This document shows positions 1-12,981 of a stretch of DNA of 64,000 nt, one piece after another. A program made the translations under genes and the position numbers. Positions within the stretch are counted from its first letter, which is position 1, and every line of letters starts with the position of its first letter. Where the stretch lies: assembly GCA_032718475.1 (NCBI GenBank), contig JAUCBJ010003704.1, forward strand, positions 18,261 through 82,260. The letters run 5' to 3'. A model generated the notes under the pieces. The model saw only the letters and a program-made list of their open reading frames with translations, did no database searches and was not told the DNA's origin. The DNA comes from Nemertoderma westbladi. Lineage: Eukaryota > Animalia > Xenacoelomorpha.

Positions 1-1829
1 TCATTTAATACAAATCCATTGTATATTGGTTTACAAATTGAATCAACTACACAAGCTTGGAGAGTTTCAATACCTTGTGAACGAAGTTTTACATTAACCT
101 GCACTATTTCACATGTCAATGGCATTGATGTATTTCCAAACCCACTTATGTTAACCTCTTCACTGCCTATGACCTGTAATCTGTACTGATTCACAACTGA
201 TCTGATAATATACGTTTTCTGACTTCCACCATCAAATAAAGCATTTAAGTTGTAAGGAAGATCATTACCTTCGCAATCCAAAATTGCGGTTTGTAATAAT
301 ACATCTTCAGAGTTGGCGCAACTTTGATCCACACATTTATGGCTTATGGCGACAACAGATGTTGAAGACTTTGATTTGGTAACTAAATCTGAATTTACAT
401 TAGGTTGAGTGTTTGTTGAAGTTACTATTGGTGATTTAGATGCATTTGTTCCAGTATATACTTTATTAGGACAAATACTTGAATGGTGAGAAGTAGCTTT
501 ACAATAGTAACATCTACATGTCGCTCTACATTCCCATGTTTTGTGATTTCCCCTAATGCAAATTTTACACAGCCCCTTTTCTTCTAATGAATTTCGTCGG
601 AGTATATTATCTTGAACTATTCGGCAATTGTCTGAATAATGATTCTGGTTACAATAAACACATGTTATTACAAATGGTTGGCTTGATGATGATGAGTTTT
701 GTAATCTAGGTTGAGGTTGTGATGAATTTGGGGTACTATTTGTTGCTTTATTCTGTTTATAGGATGAATTGTAAATAGTTTTCCCAGATTTCGAGTGTGA
801 TGGAGCCACAAGAGAAGCAATAGCTGGCTGATTTATTGGTTTTGAATACGTTGGTACCGCTTGTTTTTCTTTGCTTGATGACCATTTACTTCTTTGTGAA
901 TCTTGTCTTATTAAGCTGAGAGATTCCTCAGCCAATGCAAATTTTTGCAATTTTGTTATTAGCCAATCTAAATCAGTAATTGAACGTTTTTCTGCCAGCA
1001 ATTTCAACATTATAGTATCACTAACCCCAGCTGTTATATCAGGAATGACTACACGTTGATATTCGACCGGCGAAATTCCCAAAGCCTCTAATGCTCTTAC
1101 ATGTGTCAAACATTTATCACTTATATCCCTAAGTTTTGTTGTAGATCGACCAATTTTCCTTATCTCTTCGATATGTGCAGAAATTATTGCCTCCTTATCT
1201 CCATAGCGGGTAGTTAATAGCTGCATTGCTACATAATAATTTCCTTCATTAATTGGTAGACCTGCCACTACTGCTTTGGCCGGTCCTTTCAAGCTTTCCA
1301 ATAAATACTGGAATTTGATTATGTTAGGAAGTTTGGAATCTTCCACAGCAGCTGTAAAAGCATTTTTCCACCCTTCATAATTTAACAAATTTCCATCAAA
1401 AGTAGGTGGCGCCAATTTTGGCAAAACTTGTTGTGCCAAAAGACGAGAGTCAAAATATGATTGTTGAGTTTGTACCACTGATGATAGGTCTGCCATAGCA
1501 GCTGCATTGCTGTCATTAAGATTTACACTCACACTTGCTGGTACTATTATTGGCTCTATCTGTTTTATTAATGAGCGAATAGCAGTCTCATAATCCCCAG
1601 CTACTGCAACATCATTCTCAAATTCTTGGGTTTCTGGGTCAAGATGTCCCCAAATGTCCTCATTTATGGCGTCTAGGCGCGGTAAAAGGAGTCCGAGTCT
1701 GTCTAAAGTAATTCGATTTGTCTCTATTGTGTCATCAGGGTTAAATTTGTTTCTAATTGTTGTTACAGTGGATCTCAGCCCACTGCGTTTGCGTTTTAGT
1801 TTCACCAATTCATTTATTTGTGTAGCCAT
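1..1829 (-). CDS. BEL/Pao LTR retrotransposon Gag-protease polyprotein (family 1), runs off the left edge
   Basis: Manual translation from ATG 1829 (MATQINELVKLKRKRSGLRS...). Contains a DUF1759-type capsid motif (LPKLAPPTFDGNLLNYEGWKNAF...KFQYLLESLKGPAK), a triple zinc knuckle (CVYCNQNH..C, CKICIRGNH..C, CYYCKATSHHSSIC) and an aspartic protease motif (ALFDGGSQKTYI). Absent from the ORF track because the frame has no stop inside the window. Confidence 0.9.
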   Translation of the reverse strand, partial: MATQINELVKLKRKRSGLRSTVTTIRNKFNPDDTIETNRITLDRLGLLLPRLDAINEDIWGHLDPETQEFENDVAVAGDYETAIRSLIKQIEPIIVPASVSVNLNDSNAAAMADLSSVVQTQQSYFDSRLLAQQVLPKLAPPTFDGNLLNYEGWKNAFTAAVEDSKLPNIIKFQYLLESLKGPAKAVVAGLPINEGNYYVAMQLLTTRYGDKEAIISAHIEEIRKIGRSTTKLRDISDKCLTHVRALEALGISPVEYQRVVIPDITAGVSDTIMLKLLAEKRSITDLDWLITKLQKFALAEESLSLIRQDSQRSKWSSSKEKQAVPTYSKPINQPAIASLVAPSHSKSGKTIYNSSYKQNKATNSTPNSSQPQPRLQNSSSSSQPFVITCVYCNQNHYSDNCRIVQDNILRRNSLEEKGLCKICIRGNHKTWECRATCRCYYCKATSHHSSICPNKVYTGTNASKSPIVTSTNTQPNVNSDLVTKSKSSTSVVAISHKCVDQSCANSEDVLLQTAILDCEGNDLPYNLNALFDGGSQKTYIIRSVVNQYRLQVIGSEEVNISGFGNTSMPLTCEIVQVNVKLRSQGIETLQACVVDSICKPIYNGFVLN

Positions 1830-2479
1830 TATTCTGTGTCTTCCTTTCCTAGCTAGCTAGCTGCCTATGGCTGTATGGTAGGTATAGCAGTGTATAGGTA
1901 TGTTTTAAATTTAGTAATGAACCGGTCCTATGATCAGTTCTGCTGTGTCTCATTAATTAAATTTGCAACCATTCTCATTTTTCAGCATTGATTTGTGATT
2001 GATAATTTGATGAATGTAAATTGCTAGTATAATGCTGAAACAATCAGACAATAGTTACCAGTCACCAGTCTAACTGCAATAGGCCTGGTAGCCTGGGCGT
2101 GTCCCAGTATAAGCTACTCTCATATAAATTAGTGAATAATTAATATTGATTACACACCGCACTGTCAGTGTCAGACTGGCCTCTCAATCATGGGAGCCTG
2201 GCCTGATGTACGGTACATCCAGACAGCTGTACTTTCAATAAAAGCCGAAATTGCAGGGATACCTTACCCTTACAGCCTTTAGCACTTAGGCCTAACTGCC
2301 TAATCAAAGTTCAGAAGTCAATGAAATTGCAGCAATACTGGAATGAGGAATAACACACCGGTACAAACTTATTCTTGTTTCAGCCGACGTTTCTAAATAC
2401 TGGAATAGAACATAGAAACTCACCATCAGTCCAAGTCTTTACTCTTTACTTTGTCTTTACTTGTCCGTACCGGTAGCCT

Positions 2480-2497
2480 TCCCCTTATCGGGCGCCA
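2480..2497 (-). promoter_or_regulatory. Conventional tRNA primer-binding site of family-1 BEL element (tRNA-Lys-like)
   Basis: Minus strand reads ...TGACA|TGGCGCCCGATAAGGGGA: an LTR-terminal CA followed by TGG, resembling the tRNA-Lys PBS TGGCGCCCGAACAGGGAC. Confidence 0.75.
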
Positions 2498-2644
2498 TGT
2501 CATGGATATTAAGTGCAGAAGTATGATTATAACTGTATAAGATATGCTGATTGCTGATATGACATTACAGCTGACAGCAGGACAGCATTATGACTGTATG
2601 ATATATCCATATAAGTTCCTATATCAAGGTTCAGACTTCTGACA
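2498..2644 (-). mobile_element. Probable 5' LTR of family-1 BEL element (outer boundary uncertain)
   Basis: Begins TGTCA at 2498 next to the PBS; the TGACA ending at 2644 is one candidate outer end. The partner LTR is outside the window. Confidence 0.45.
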
Positions 2645-2805
2645 AATGATAATAATGAATATTTACATAAACATAAAGTTATATTAATCCTTTAATCTTT
2701 ATAGGTAGATGTACCCATTCACCCAAAAACACTGATTATGATTACTGAATGTGAATATACTTAATTTGAATTATAATGAATACAAACATTATTAACAGTT
2801 AGGTC

Positions 2806-3369
2806 CTATATAGACCAATGATAGAGGGTTTCTATCACATTTCCATAACCAACACTGGTTCCAGTAGGAAGGCCCAAATCTATAGGATCAGAATCGGAAG
2901 ATTCTGAGTCAGAACAATTATCTGCATGTTCATCATCAGTCGATTCGATGTCGGATACTTCGTCATCTGACTCGGAAGAACTGTCATCGATATCGAAGCC
3001 AAGTCGTTTCAGTGGTTTCGGGTCCCTCTTTGGATAAGAGCGTTTCATAATGTCTCTCTACCTACATTCTACACCTCGCTCTACATAGGCTACACTGCGA
3101 TTGCACTGTAAATGTAAACGTCGCTACTGTTCCTACTGCATACTACAATACAGCAATACTGCATAGATACAGACAGTTATTAAAATTATTACACATTTGA
3201 ATTTCCCGCCAGATGTAAGCGCTGAAGGGCTCTGTACATTTAAATAATGTTCCTGCTAGGGCTCTGACATCTGATAGGATGCTAAGAATAAGAGAAACAT
3301 CATGACCTACCATGTAGGTCATAGAGCCCTATTGTGTGACCTACCATGTAGGTCACAGGCGTCAAAGGG
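2806..3369 (-). mobile_element. piggyBac-type DNA transposon 5' end with truncated acidic transposase N-terminus
   Basis: Minus strand TTAA|CCCTTTGACGCC (TTAA at 3370-3373). Two copies of the palindrome TGACCTACCATGTAGGTCA (3303-3355). ORF 2806-3048 is Asp/Ser/Glu-rich like piggyBac transposase N-termini. Confidence 0.7.
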
Positions 3370-3880
3370 TTAATTTGGTTGAACAAATGGTTGATTACTG
3401 CAGACTGCTACCGGAATATTGGATGGAGTGAGTAAAACGGAATAGGTGATTTTAATTAGATCGGATTTTAATCAACCTTGATTTAACCCATCTGTCCCGG
3501 GCTATTTTACAACGTAATTGGCCCGGGGGGGGGGGGGGGGGGTCATTTTAGATCTTGGCTCAAAAATTACAATTTTGATGGTACAAGCTCGCTGGTCACG
3601 ATAAAACTTGTTTAAAATATTTTCTGGCGATGCAACCATCATTTTTGGTGCTATTTTGGTCCCCCAGGACGAAACGTAAGTAAAAAATGTTAAACTAAAC
3701 AATTTTGTGTTTGTTTTGATAATTCTGAATGTATACGGGTTTTCGAGGACGCTGATCGGTGAAACTATCTCATGATCGATCTCACGATGAAACTAGTTAA
3801 AAATATTTATGGTAATTCTTACAGCCTATAATAATTCAGGAAAATCGGCTGATTATAACAAAATCAAACCAGCTATTTAG

Positions 3881-4120
3881 TATAAAAGTATACAGGAAGT
3901 AGGACAGTACTGGTGGTCTGGTATTGCTACCAGTAGTATACTAAGGTTGAATTGAATTGCCGACCTATTGTCTGTTAGTTGCTTCTTGCTGCTACCCGTA
4001 CATAAAAGTATACAGGAAGTAGGACAGTACTGGTGGTCTGGTATTGCTACCAGTAGTATACTAAGGTTGAATTGAATTGCCGACCTATTGTCTGTTAGTT
4101 GCTTGTTGCTGCTACCTGTA
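3881..4120. repeat. 120-bp tandem duplication (2 copies)
   Basis: 3881-4000 and 4001-4120 are nearly identical (ATAAAAGTATACAGGAAGTAGGACAG...). Confidence 0.9.
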
Positions 4121-5263
4121 CTAAACATTAAACCGAAAGTAAATGAACTAAACATTGAAAATATATAAATAACTTGCAGGTAATGTAATAGAGGTGTAGT
4201 GTGTAGTGGTATCGGTATGATGTTCACTGTTGACAGCAAGTAATACCAGAACACCCAGTAATATAAATGGACAGAAATCTGTTTAGAATAAGATTCAAGT
4301 GACTGTGTGTTCTTTTGGTTTAATAATTACACAAAAGTTTTTGTATTAGTCCACAATGAAAATATATTCGTCCAATTGCGGACCTTTTCTCACTTTTTGG
4401 GGGGTGCAGCTGCACCCCTTGCACCCCATTGGCGCCGGCCATGGAATTCACACACCGTCAATCGATGATATGCTAGGGGAATCCAGGTTCTTAAGTCAGA
4501 TTTTGGTTTTTATAGATTTAACTTACAATCACAATATACTTTATCAACTGGAGATTCCGGACTTAAGGTTGGAATGCTCGATCCTCCATCCTAGCTCGTA
4601 CCTCGTATATAAATTAATGTTTGCTGAGGTTGGCGCGACAACCACAGATAAATTTCAAGTTGAGTTTCGTTGTCAAAAGTTATTCAACTAAAGCTGTAAA
4701 GTCTTCATTACTTCACTATAGGCCTTGTAGAGTGCAGCTGTTATGTGATATGCTCTCATCTAAAGTTATGTGCTATTATTACAATAACTCGCTGTAATTT
4801 TGAAATGGAATAAACAATTTATTAATTAAACGCGATGGAACTTTAAAACCGTTTTCAGATTTGAAATCCCATTTAAATTGAAAAGCTGACGCAACGAAAA
4901 ACTCAAAAACTGTGTCACTTATGAGGCGTAGACTTTACGGACCGATACATTAAAGGAAACGACGGTGAATTAATTAGAAAAGGGTAACTCATTATCACAA
5001 TATATAATATATTATATATACAAATAAATTATGCAAATTTATAGAAAAATAATAACTCGTACAAAAACAATTTTACGGGAGTGATGCATTTGTAAAATAA
5101 TGTGCGTACACTGGGCAGGGAGTAGGGATGCTATATGCAGGTAGAAGCTGGGTAAGGGATGGTAGATAGATAGGTAAGGTAGATAGGCCGCATCCAGTAG
5201 AATAAAAATAAGAGTTAGGAGGAATTGAAGGTAGCGATCAAATGGAATAAATACGCTTTAAAC

Positions 5264-5509
5264 TTAAACATCAACCTGTGTGAACGTTGGTATTTTATCC
5301 TTTATTATCGGTAAAGAGAGTTTGCCCCCATTATCTGCGAGACAACCAATAGTGTCCCAAACCTGGGAGCGTCGGTTGCCCTTGGTTACGTGGCTTGCGA
5401 GCGGCTGTAACAACGGTTTTAGGTAGCGGTTTAGGTTGGGACCGACAACCGTAGATAACTGATTGAGAGCCGATAGTCCAGCGAGAAACACAGAGTCATT
5501 CTTGGAAGC
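5264..5509 (-). CDS. PACRGL: PACRG-like protein, exon 4 (last coding exon)
   Basis: CAG acceptor at 5510-5512. ASKNDSVFLAGLSALNQLSTVVGPNLN...LPIIKDKIPTF matches the PACRGL C-terminus (GLNALVQLSVVVGP...IIKSKIPTY). Confidence 0.92.
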   Translation of the reverse strand, partial: ASKNDSVFLAGLSALNQLSTVVGPNLNRYLKPLLQPLASHVTKGNRRSQVWDTIGCLADNGGKLSLPIIKDKIPTFTQVDV

Positions 5510-5815
5510 CTGAGGAACAGAAAGTAATTACTATATAAAAAAAAACAATAAGACACCTACACTCTCTCTCTAAATTAGAATATTATAAACCGAAGATACA
5601 CTTCTAAATAAAATGTTTTTTTAATGATATATCACCCACGTACGTACATGAATCTGGGACCAAATAGAAGCCAACGCCCAATGGTTTGATGGTGAATTCA
5701 AAAGATTCCCTATATTTTGCTGTATATTTCCCTTTTCAAATAAACTACAACTTTGTGGCAAAATTTACTTTTATAGGGAACTTATATGACACCAGTGGTA
5801 GTTATGGCAACTAAC

Positions 5816-5950
5816 CAACGCGGCTCGGATTGGTGGAATCAATTTATCGAGAATTGGAGTGGCTTTCTCATTGGCGTCTGATTGGTTCAATAATTCGCTG
5901 ACTCCAGTCCTAGCAACGAACGTGTACGGATGTCTTGTCTCTGACAACCC
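5816..5950 (-). CDS. PACRGL: PACRG-like protein, exon 3
   Basis: CAG acceptor and GTTAGT donor, phase 0, 45 codons: GLSETRHPYTFVARTGVSELL...LIPPIRAAL (family motif GLxETxHPYxF). Confidence 0.92.
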
Positions 5951-7466
5951 CTGAAAGATAAACAACTATTGAGTAATAATGTAATAGTTTTTGAAACAGA
6001 AACACGACATTACACACTAATTACATGATCGATATTAAATAAACCACAAATAAAGCTGAGATAACCGCACTTTGGGACGTTTCTCGACTGCAATTCAGCT
6101 GCATACCGAGTGTTGTCTGAATGGGAATCATATCAGAGTAGAGATATTTGTGTGCTAAAGTTCCAGGTCTGGCATTCAGTTAGTGACCAATGAAGAATCT
6201 AGTGACTCATTTTTTGTGAAATAAATACTAGTAAGAATTTTTAAAATTTCGAAAGCCAACTTTACTAATGAGATCGATCAGCATTGGTGATTTTTCCGGA
6301 AGCAGGAAAGCCCTATCTGGCCACGTGGCGAGGTCTATTTTTACTACGTAATTGGCCCGGGGTGTGGTCTTTATAAATTGTTTAGATCTTGGCAGAAAAA
6401 TAAAAATTTTGAATGTAAGGGTTTTCGGGGTCACTGATCCAAAGATTTGCCAGAACCAAGTGAAGCCATTGGTTAATTTAGCCAACCAATAAAAAATCGG
6501 AATGCTGGGTTTTGGAATGAAGCATGTGCTAAAAACATGTGAGATACACGGTTTTGGCAATTTCAAAAACCTATTTCATCTTCTTCAAATGCTTAGAAAT
6601 TTTACTGACAGACGCGGAACAGACACATGCAGAACATTCCATTTTACAGACAGACGCATTCCTGAGTCAGATGATATATAAAACTCGATTTTTTCCAAAT
6701 TTGGAGATATTGGTTTTGCAATGAAAGAGCCGAGGTGCACATACACACATTGCAGGGACTGGCATCGAATCGAATCGAAAGCAATTTTTCGTCTTCGATT
6801 TTCCATATATTTTTTGATTCGATTTCGATTCAATTCGACTCAGGTAAAAAATGTCGACTTCGATTCGAATATTCGACCTTTGAATATTAACTTAATTATT
6901 TGTCATTAAATATACATTATAAATTTTATTCTTAAATTGTTACTCTGAATTGGAACTTCATAAATTTAATCACAATGGTTGAAAGAGCATCGAAGTAGAA
7001 AAGGTTGGCAAGTAGGCCTAATGTAATTAGTGCAAAATCAATTCACACCTCAAAAGTTATTGTATCTTTTTAGTGTTGTGTGCACGGTGTATACCAAAAC
7101 ATAATTCAATATCCAATATTAGTTTATGTACGAAGTTAAGCGGTTCTCTAATCACGTAATAAATATTCGAGAACACTAAATTATTTAACATTGACTAAGG
7201 CAGCATCAAGAGTTGAATAGTACAATAATTTTAATTGCAGTAACCATGGAAGCAATATAGTAAAATACCAGTTAAATTTATTTTGAGTTATAATTTATTT
7301 TATTTAAAGTGTCTTCTTTTGGACATTTCGCAATAATGGCGAAATGTAATACCACACTTCCACCTCCATGGCTCGCCCCACTCACCTCGTTAAGGCGCCC
7401 ATCCCCATGGGTCGCCCGACTCACCTCGTTCAAAGCCTCCTCCACTCACACCTCCATGGCTCGCCC

Positions 7467-8010
7467 ACATACACTTGCTAGTCCCGTCACTGCAAACTGG
7501 ATAATAAAGAAGCACTCATTAACCAAATGGAAATAATGCATTCTAGAATACGGTAATTGAAGTTGTTTCCATGTCATTAACTACTTTGCAGCGTTACGCC
7601 CTATAGGCCGCAACTCCTATAGGCCGTTGCGAGTAATTCACCAGAACGCCGTTAAGTTGACATAATGTAACAAAAATAAGTAGTTAACATGTCCATTCAT
7701 TTATTTGTATTATCAAATTATCTAATATTAGCTAGAACATAAAAATGTAATGTAATATAATTATTTTGCTACATTATGTCAGCGTTCTGGTGAATTACTC
7801 GCAACGCTGCAAAGTACTAGCTTGCAGCGTTGCGGCCTATAGGACGGAACGCTGCAAAGTAATCAATGACATGGATACAACTTCAATTACCGTATTCTAG
7901 AATGCACTATTTCCATTTATATTAATGCGTGCTGCTTTATTCAATAAAGCAGCACGTTTTTGCATAATGTGTGTGTCTAGTTTGAAGTGACGGGACTAGC
8001 TACTGTATGT
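7467..8010. mobile_element. Foldback/MITE with long imperfect terminal inverted repeats in PACRGL intron 2
   Basis: GCTAGTCCCGTCAC...CATTCTAGAATACGGTAATTGAAGTTG at the left is mirrored by CAACTTCAATTACCGTATTCTAGAATG...GTGACGGGACTAGC at the right. Confidence 0.8.
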
Positions 8011-9699
8011 AAATAATTGTTTAACGTGTAAGACTGTATTCCACGTCCTATAGTAGACATTTTAGAGAAAATGAGCAAAGAAAATATGGCGACAGTCCGA
8101 CAGTGTTCACTAAAACTGAAGTGACACAGACGCGACGGTGAATAAGTTTGCTTCAGTCAACTAAAGTCAAGATGGATTAATGATTTATCACATCCATGCA
8201 GGAGATAACTTCAAATAACTTTAATTAGATTTAAATGTGTAATTAATACTGTGTGTACCTGTTAATAAATTACACTTATATTCGATATAGTAGATGATTA
8301 AAATGTTTAAATGAGCATCCATAAAATCCTTTTTTCACATATCGAACAATGATAAGGTGACATCGTAACCATAGAGCCAGAATAACACATACCACAATTT
8401 TTAAAAAAAAATTTTTTTCACCAAAATTACTCAAGATGGCGTTCTACATCTTATGTTAAAATCTCAGACTTGTATGTCAGTCCATTTAGGAGATATGGAA
8501 AACCAGAACAACCCTCACAACATATAAGTTGAAAACTGTTAGAGGTAAAACAATACATAGTACATACCACACTTTGCTCTATCATACTTTGCCAGTAAAA
8601 CCACCATTCAATAGTCGAGGAATGACGTGAGTTCTTATGTTTCTGTGATAAAATCCTAGAGGTAAAACAACACACACAGACTAGAGTTAATGTTAAATTT
8701 CAGTATGTGTTGTTTTGTCTCTTTGGAAAATAACGAAAAAAACAGTTTTTTTCATTAACAAAATTTATTCTGAATGCTAGCCAATATTATAAAATGTATC
8801 ATTGTATCTTCCCAGACCTCTGTCGAAAAAATTAGGAGACGGGATCCATATCGTGCAAGCATTTCCCATGGGTTTGTGATGAAATTTTTTTTACTAAAAC
8901 ATAGCTTTGAATGGTTAGACAATGCTAAAATCAAGATTAACTGAAATAAGATGCAGGGAGGTAGACGTACAAAATGTTATGCCAATATTTCAATATGCCC
9001 TAGGCGTAATCAATTGAATGATCGATTGATGAGTTCTGCCGGGCTTAAGATTTTGTGTGATATCTCAAGAACTACTAGCTTAGCACTTGTTTTGAAGGTA
9101 TGTACACCCACTAAATCGATGATTGCGGTTCAAATAAGCCTACAATTAACTCTGTACGACTAACAGAAGCCTTCATATCAGCAAACTCCATTATATTCTT
9201 GGCAAGCGATCAAAGGTGTCTAAAAGCTCAACTTCAGGGTGTTTGAGCTACCTCTAAATATATATCATATGTGCTCAAATTTTACTCAAGGTGTTTTTTT
9301 GATCAGAATAAAGGACTTGGGGGGGGGGGGGGGGGGGGGGTCAGAGGTGAATTTTTGCAACTTTTGAATTTTACATTGAAATAAGGACCACCCTAATATA
9401 TATCATTAATTATTACAGTATAAATGGAATTTTAAGCAAATATACATACCAAAATAATAACTTGTTACAAAAGGACATACGATATATTCATTCAGTAATC
9501 AATTACACTAGACAAAATGAAAATTATTTATAGACACGAGTATACTTCAATTAATTGTCTTAAAATTAATTATTATAAAGCATAATAAGGAATTTTAAGG
9601 ATAGGTCTATCCGAATTTTAATCAAAATACATATACAATAATAATTGTGGCAATAATAATAACGATGGTATAATAATAAAAGTACCGAATAAAAACTAA

Positions 9700-10800
9700 C
9701 TAACACCATAGGAAGCTAAGGACAGAATCTCGTATGCCGCAGACATAACGGACTTTTGGTCCGGCGAGTTCACAGACTGGACTGGACTCAGGCTCAGACT
9801 GGGGAGAGCCACAGCCACAAATCCGTTCACCTTCAGGGATCATACGCCATCTGGCGAGCTCAACAGGAATTCGGGTTGACATGAGGCGCAGCCGGGTCCA
9901 CGCTATATGGTGAGCTTCCCGATAGACTGTGTGGGAATCTCTGTAAAATTTGTGAATGGTAAGAGATGGATTACAGTCAAGATAAAAGGATCGGCGTGTT
10001 GTAGTATATAGTGTTTATTTATTACATTGCTGCGCACTTTTGTTAGCCCAAACTTGATATGATTAGAATCAGCGAGCAAGAGTTCTTCCACCACAATACC
10101 CAAAGGGGTCCTTGACAAAATACATAGATTTAGGGCAAACAAAAGTGGTGCATGCAACTCCTCATCCTGTACTGCCTCTGCTTAATCCAATATTCTGGTG
10201 GGGGGAACCATGTTTCAACAAGGACTGTGTCAAGACATGTATTAGACCTAACACCGATAGTGGCACGCAGTAACAGTTTTGCAATGTGATTTAAGTTCCC
10301 ACCAATCCATGTATCTCCGCCATAAGTTAAAGCAGACACCATGCAAGCTCTAAATACCTTCATCTTTACCCAAAGTGGGCTATATTCATGTTTGGCCAAA
10401 AATGAGTAGTATTTCGTAATGTGTCTTTGCTTCTCACTAATTTGAGTAATTTAGGCCACCGGATTGGTTTATCGGAGAACCAAGATATATGTATTCATGG
10501 TAGTTATTAATAACTAGTAAACCATCATGGTCATAATAATTTATTACAATGTCTTCACTTCACGATCATTGGCGGATACTGACCCTATGGCCATAAATTT
10601 TGTTTTCGATCTGTTATTTACCATACCGTAATTTCTGAAAAATTCCACTAACACAAGCACCTTTTCAATGCATTTCGAACGGCTAGTAGCAATAATGACC
10701 GAATCATCCATCAGCAACAATATGTGCAATGATAACAAGAAAACTGTCTATCGTCATTGTCTTTAGAGCATGGATAAGGGGATCAATAAAGATAGTAAAT
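9700..10800 (-). pseudogene. Degraded non-LTR retrotransposon RT/3' region in PACRGL intron 2
   Basis: Fragments LLLMDDSVIIATS...NRSKTKFM, KMKVFRACMVSALTYG and IPVELARW...ERICGCG, broken by stops and frameshifts. Confidence 0.75.
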
Positions 10801-11032
10801 AGGAAACAACTTCCAGGGGCCCCACTGAAGTACACATTCGGGGCGACATTTACAGTCCACGTTACCATATCAACAAACCAAATACGACAATTTAATACGA
10901 ATTTAATTTACAGAATGCAGTGTCTATCTATCCGTGTACATGTATCTATCTATCTATGGGCTTACAATATCAAATATGCAGATATGGCAGTATGGGCTTA
11001 CGATTACGACTGTACGACGACGATCAACCAAC

Positions 11033-11191
11033 CTGCAACAAAATCACTAAAACAGGTTCAAATGGCACAGCTTCTATATCTGTGTGCCATTGGAGTTTAT
11101 GTCTCACCGATCCGTGAACTAAATGACAAGGGATGCCACCATTGGTGTAAATTGTAGCGAACGCTGTGGCAGCTATCTGCTTTGAGCTGAA
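11033..11191 (-). CDS. PACRGL: PACRG-like protein, exon 2
   Basis: TAG acceptor and GTTGGT donor, 53 codons: FSSKQIAATAFATIYTNGGIPCHLVHGSVRHKLQWHTDIEAVPFEPVLVILLQ (PACRGL motif GGIPCRLVHGSVKHRLQW). Confidence 0.93.
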
Positions 11192-11506
11192 CTAAAAATA
11201 TTAAAACAATAATGCTGTAATGGGAAATTCAGTAATTACAGAATTAGTTACCAGTACTTACAATCCGTTCACTTTTCAGCACTACAATACAATAGCGTCA
11301 ATAGGCCTATTGTTTTATCAGACTCTAAGATTATTGCAAGTTTAGGCCTAAACTTTAAAAACTTTCCACTCGGACTCACCCTCGCCAGTGTTGTAGTGGG
11401 TTTGTTTTCTTTTTGCCTAGTCCTAGGCGTTTCAGCCTATCAAATCAAAACTAATTCAGTGAATACTCACACTTGGCTGCAGCTGCATTGCATACTTCTG
11501 TGGGCC

Positions 11507-12416
11507 CCAGGTTGGAATTCATGCATGAGCGCGCAGCGGCGCAGGTACGCTTTGTTGTTTTGAAATCACCGCGCACCTGAAATTGGCTCGTCGCGCACCT
11601 CATCATATGTCATAATCCAAACAAAATCGCGCAGCTCATGTCATGCATATCTCAAAAAATCGCACAGTTCATAAGAACAATTTTACATTCCTATTTTACA
11701 AGTTTGAGCGTTTTAAGCTTATCTTTACGTCTGTCTGTCTGTACGTTGAATCTAGGCTTACATAATAAATGTAATTTTTGCAACATCAAAATTGTTAATA
11801 TTAAAAAATATTTTTTTAATCCACTACTATGGTGGCCCATCGGGCTCACTGCTTTTATAACAGAAAATATTATTTTAGATTACAAACAAAACATGTACCG
11901 GTAATTTCAAAAAAACGAATATTGAAATAGGTACCAGTCTGCCAATAATACTTTGTATAGGCCTACCTAACAATTAGGCTTAAACATACAGTTGGCTTAT
12001 AATTAAGTCATACTTATAATACATTGTTACTTTCTGACTTTACCTGTTTACTAACGTAACATCGGCATAGCATAGACCTAATAACAATACAACAATAGAG
12101 TACTGTAGTTAAAATAAATAGACAAATTCAGCTCCAGTTGTCGGTATTACAGTATTATGGTGAAGTGATTTGACTGTTTGAAGAATTGGAAATGAGAAAG
12201 TAATGCGAGCGTAGCGAGCGAAATTTTTTTGTGTATTTTCGTGATTTCAATTAATTTGTGGTGCGCATCAGAGGCAGAGCTGCGCGCTGAGGCGCAACGC
12301 GCACCTGTCTCACACCCGAACGCGCACCTGTCTCACCCAAACGCGCAACGCGCATCTGGTTTGCGGTGATTCGCGCAGGTACGCGTCCGAGCTTTGCAGC
12401 ATGAATTCCAACCTGG
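11507..12416. mobile_element. hAT-type non-autonomous element (MITE) in PACRGL intron 1
   Basis: TIR CCAGGTTGGAATTCATGC / GCATGAATTCCAACCTGG, perfect 8-bp TSD TGTGGGCC (11499-11506, 12417-12424), GCGCA-rich subterminal motifs. Confidence 0.9.
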
Positions 12417-12803
12417 TGTGGGCCTACTTCAGTACTTTGAAATAGAATAATCTGATAATCTAACCTAACCTTGTAAGTTTGTATTTGTAACCATCCTGCC
12501 AGACTTACACTTGCAGCTGCACCTGCAGTACTGTAGCTGTCTGGCCTTAGGCCTACCGTACTGAACTAATACTGTAATACAGTCAGACAGTATTATAAAC
12601 AATAAACTCTCTCAATTCCTGCTCTCAAGCTCAACATTGAACATTAACTGATTAACTAAGTCTGTAAGTACTGAAGTACTAGTACAGTAGTGCTGTAATA
12701 CTGTAATATTGCTGTCTGGCTGTACAGCTGCAGGCCTATTGCTGTATTGTATTTTCAATGCTCAACCTGACAGCCTGATTAGACTTGCACACTTGAGACT
12801 TAC

Positions 12804-12896
12804 CGGATCCACAGTTCGAGGATTAATACGACTGGAAGGTTTACCATGAGGCAGCATCGAAGACGATGTGGAACCTGTACCGGTAGCTGATCTCAT
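12804..12896 (-). CDS. PACRGL: PACRG-like protein, exon 1 (ATG 12896)
   Basis: MRSATGTGSTSSSMLPHGKPSSRINPRTVDP then GTAAGT donor; resembles PACRGL RPSDKLNPKTINP. Spliced product is 210 aa. Confidence 0.85.
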
Positions 12897-12981
12897 ACTG
12901 CTGTAGGTACTGCAGTACTGCTGTACCCTGGTACCACGTACAGACGTTCCTGCCTACAGCTCCAGACAGCCAGAAGCCAGA

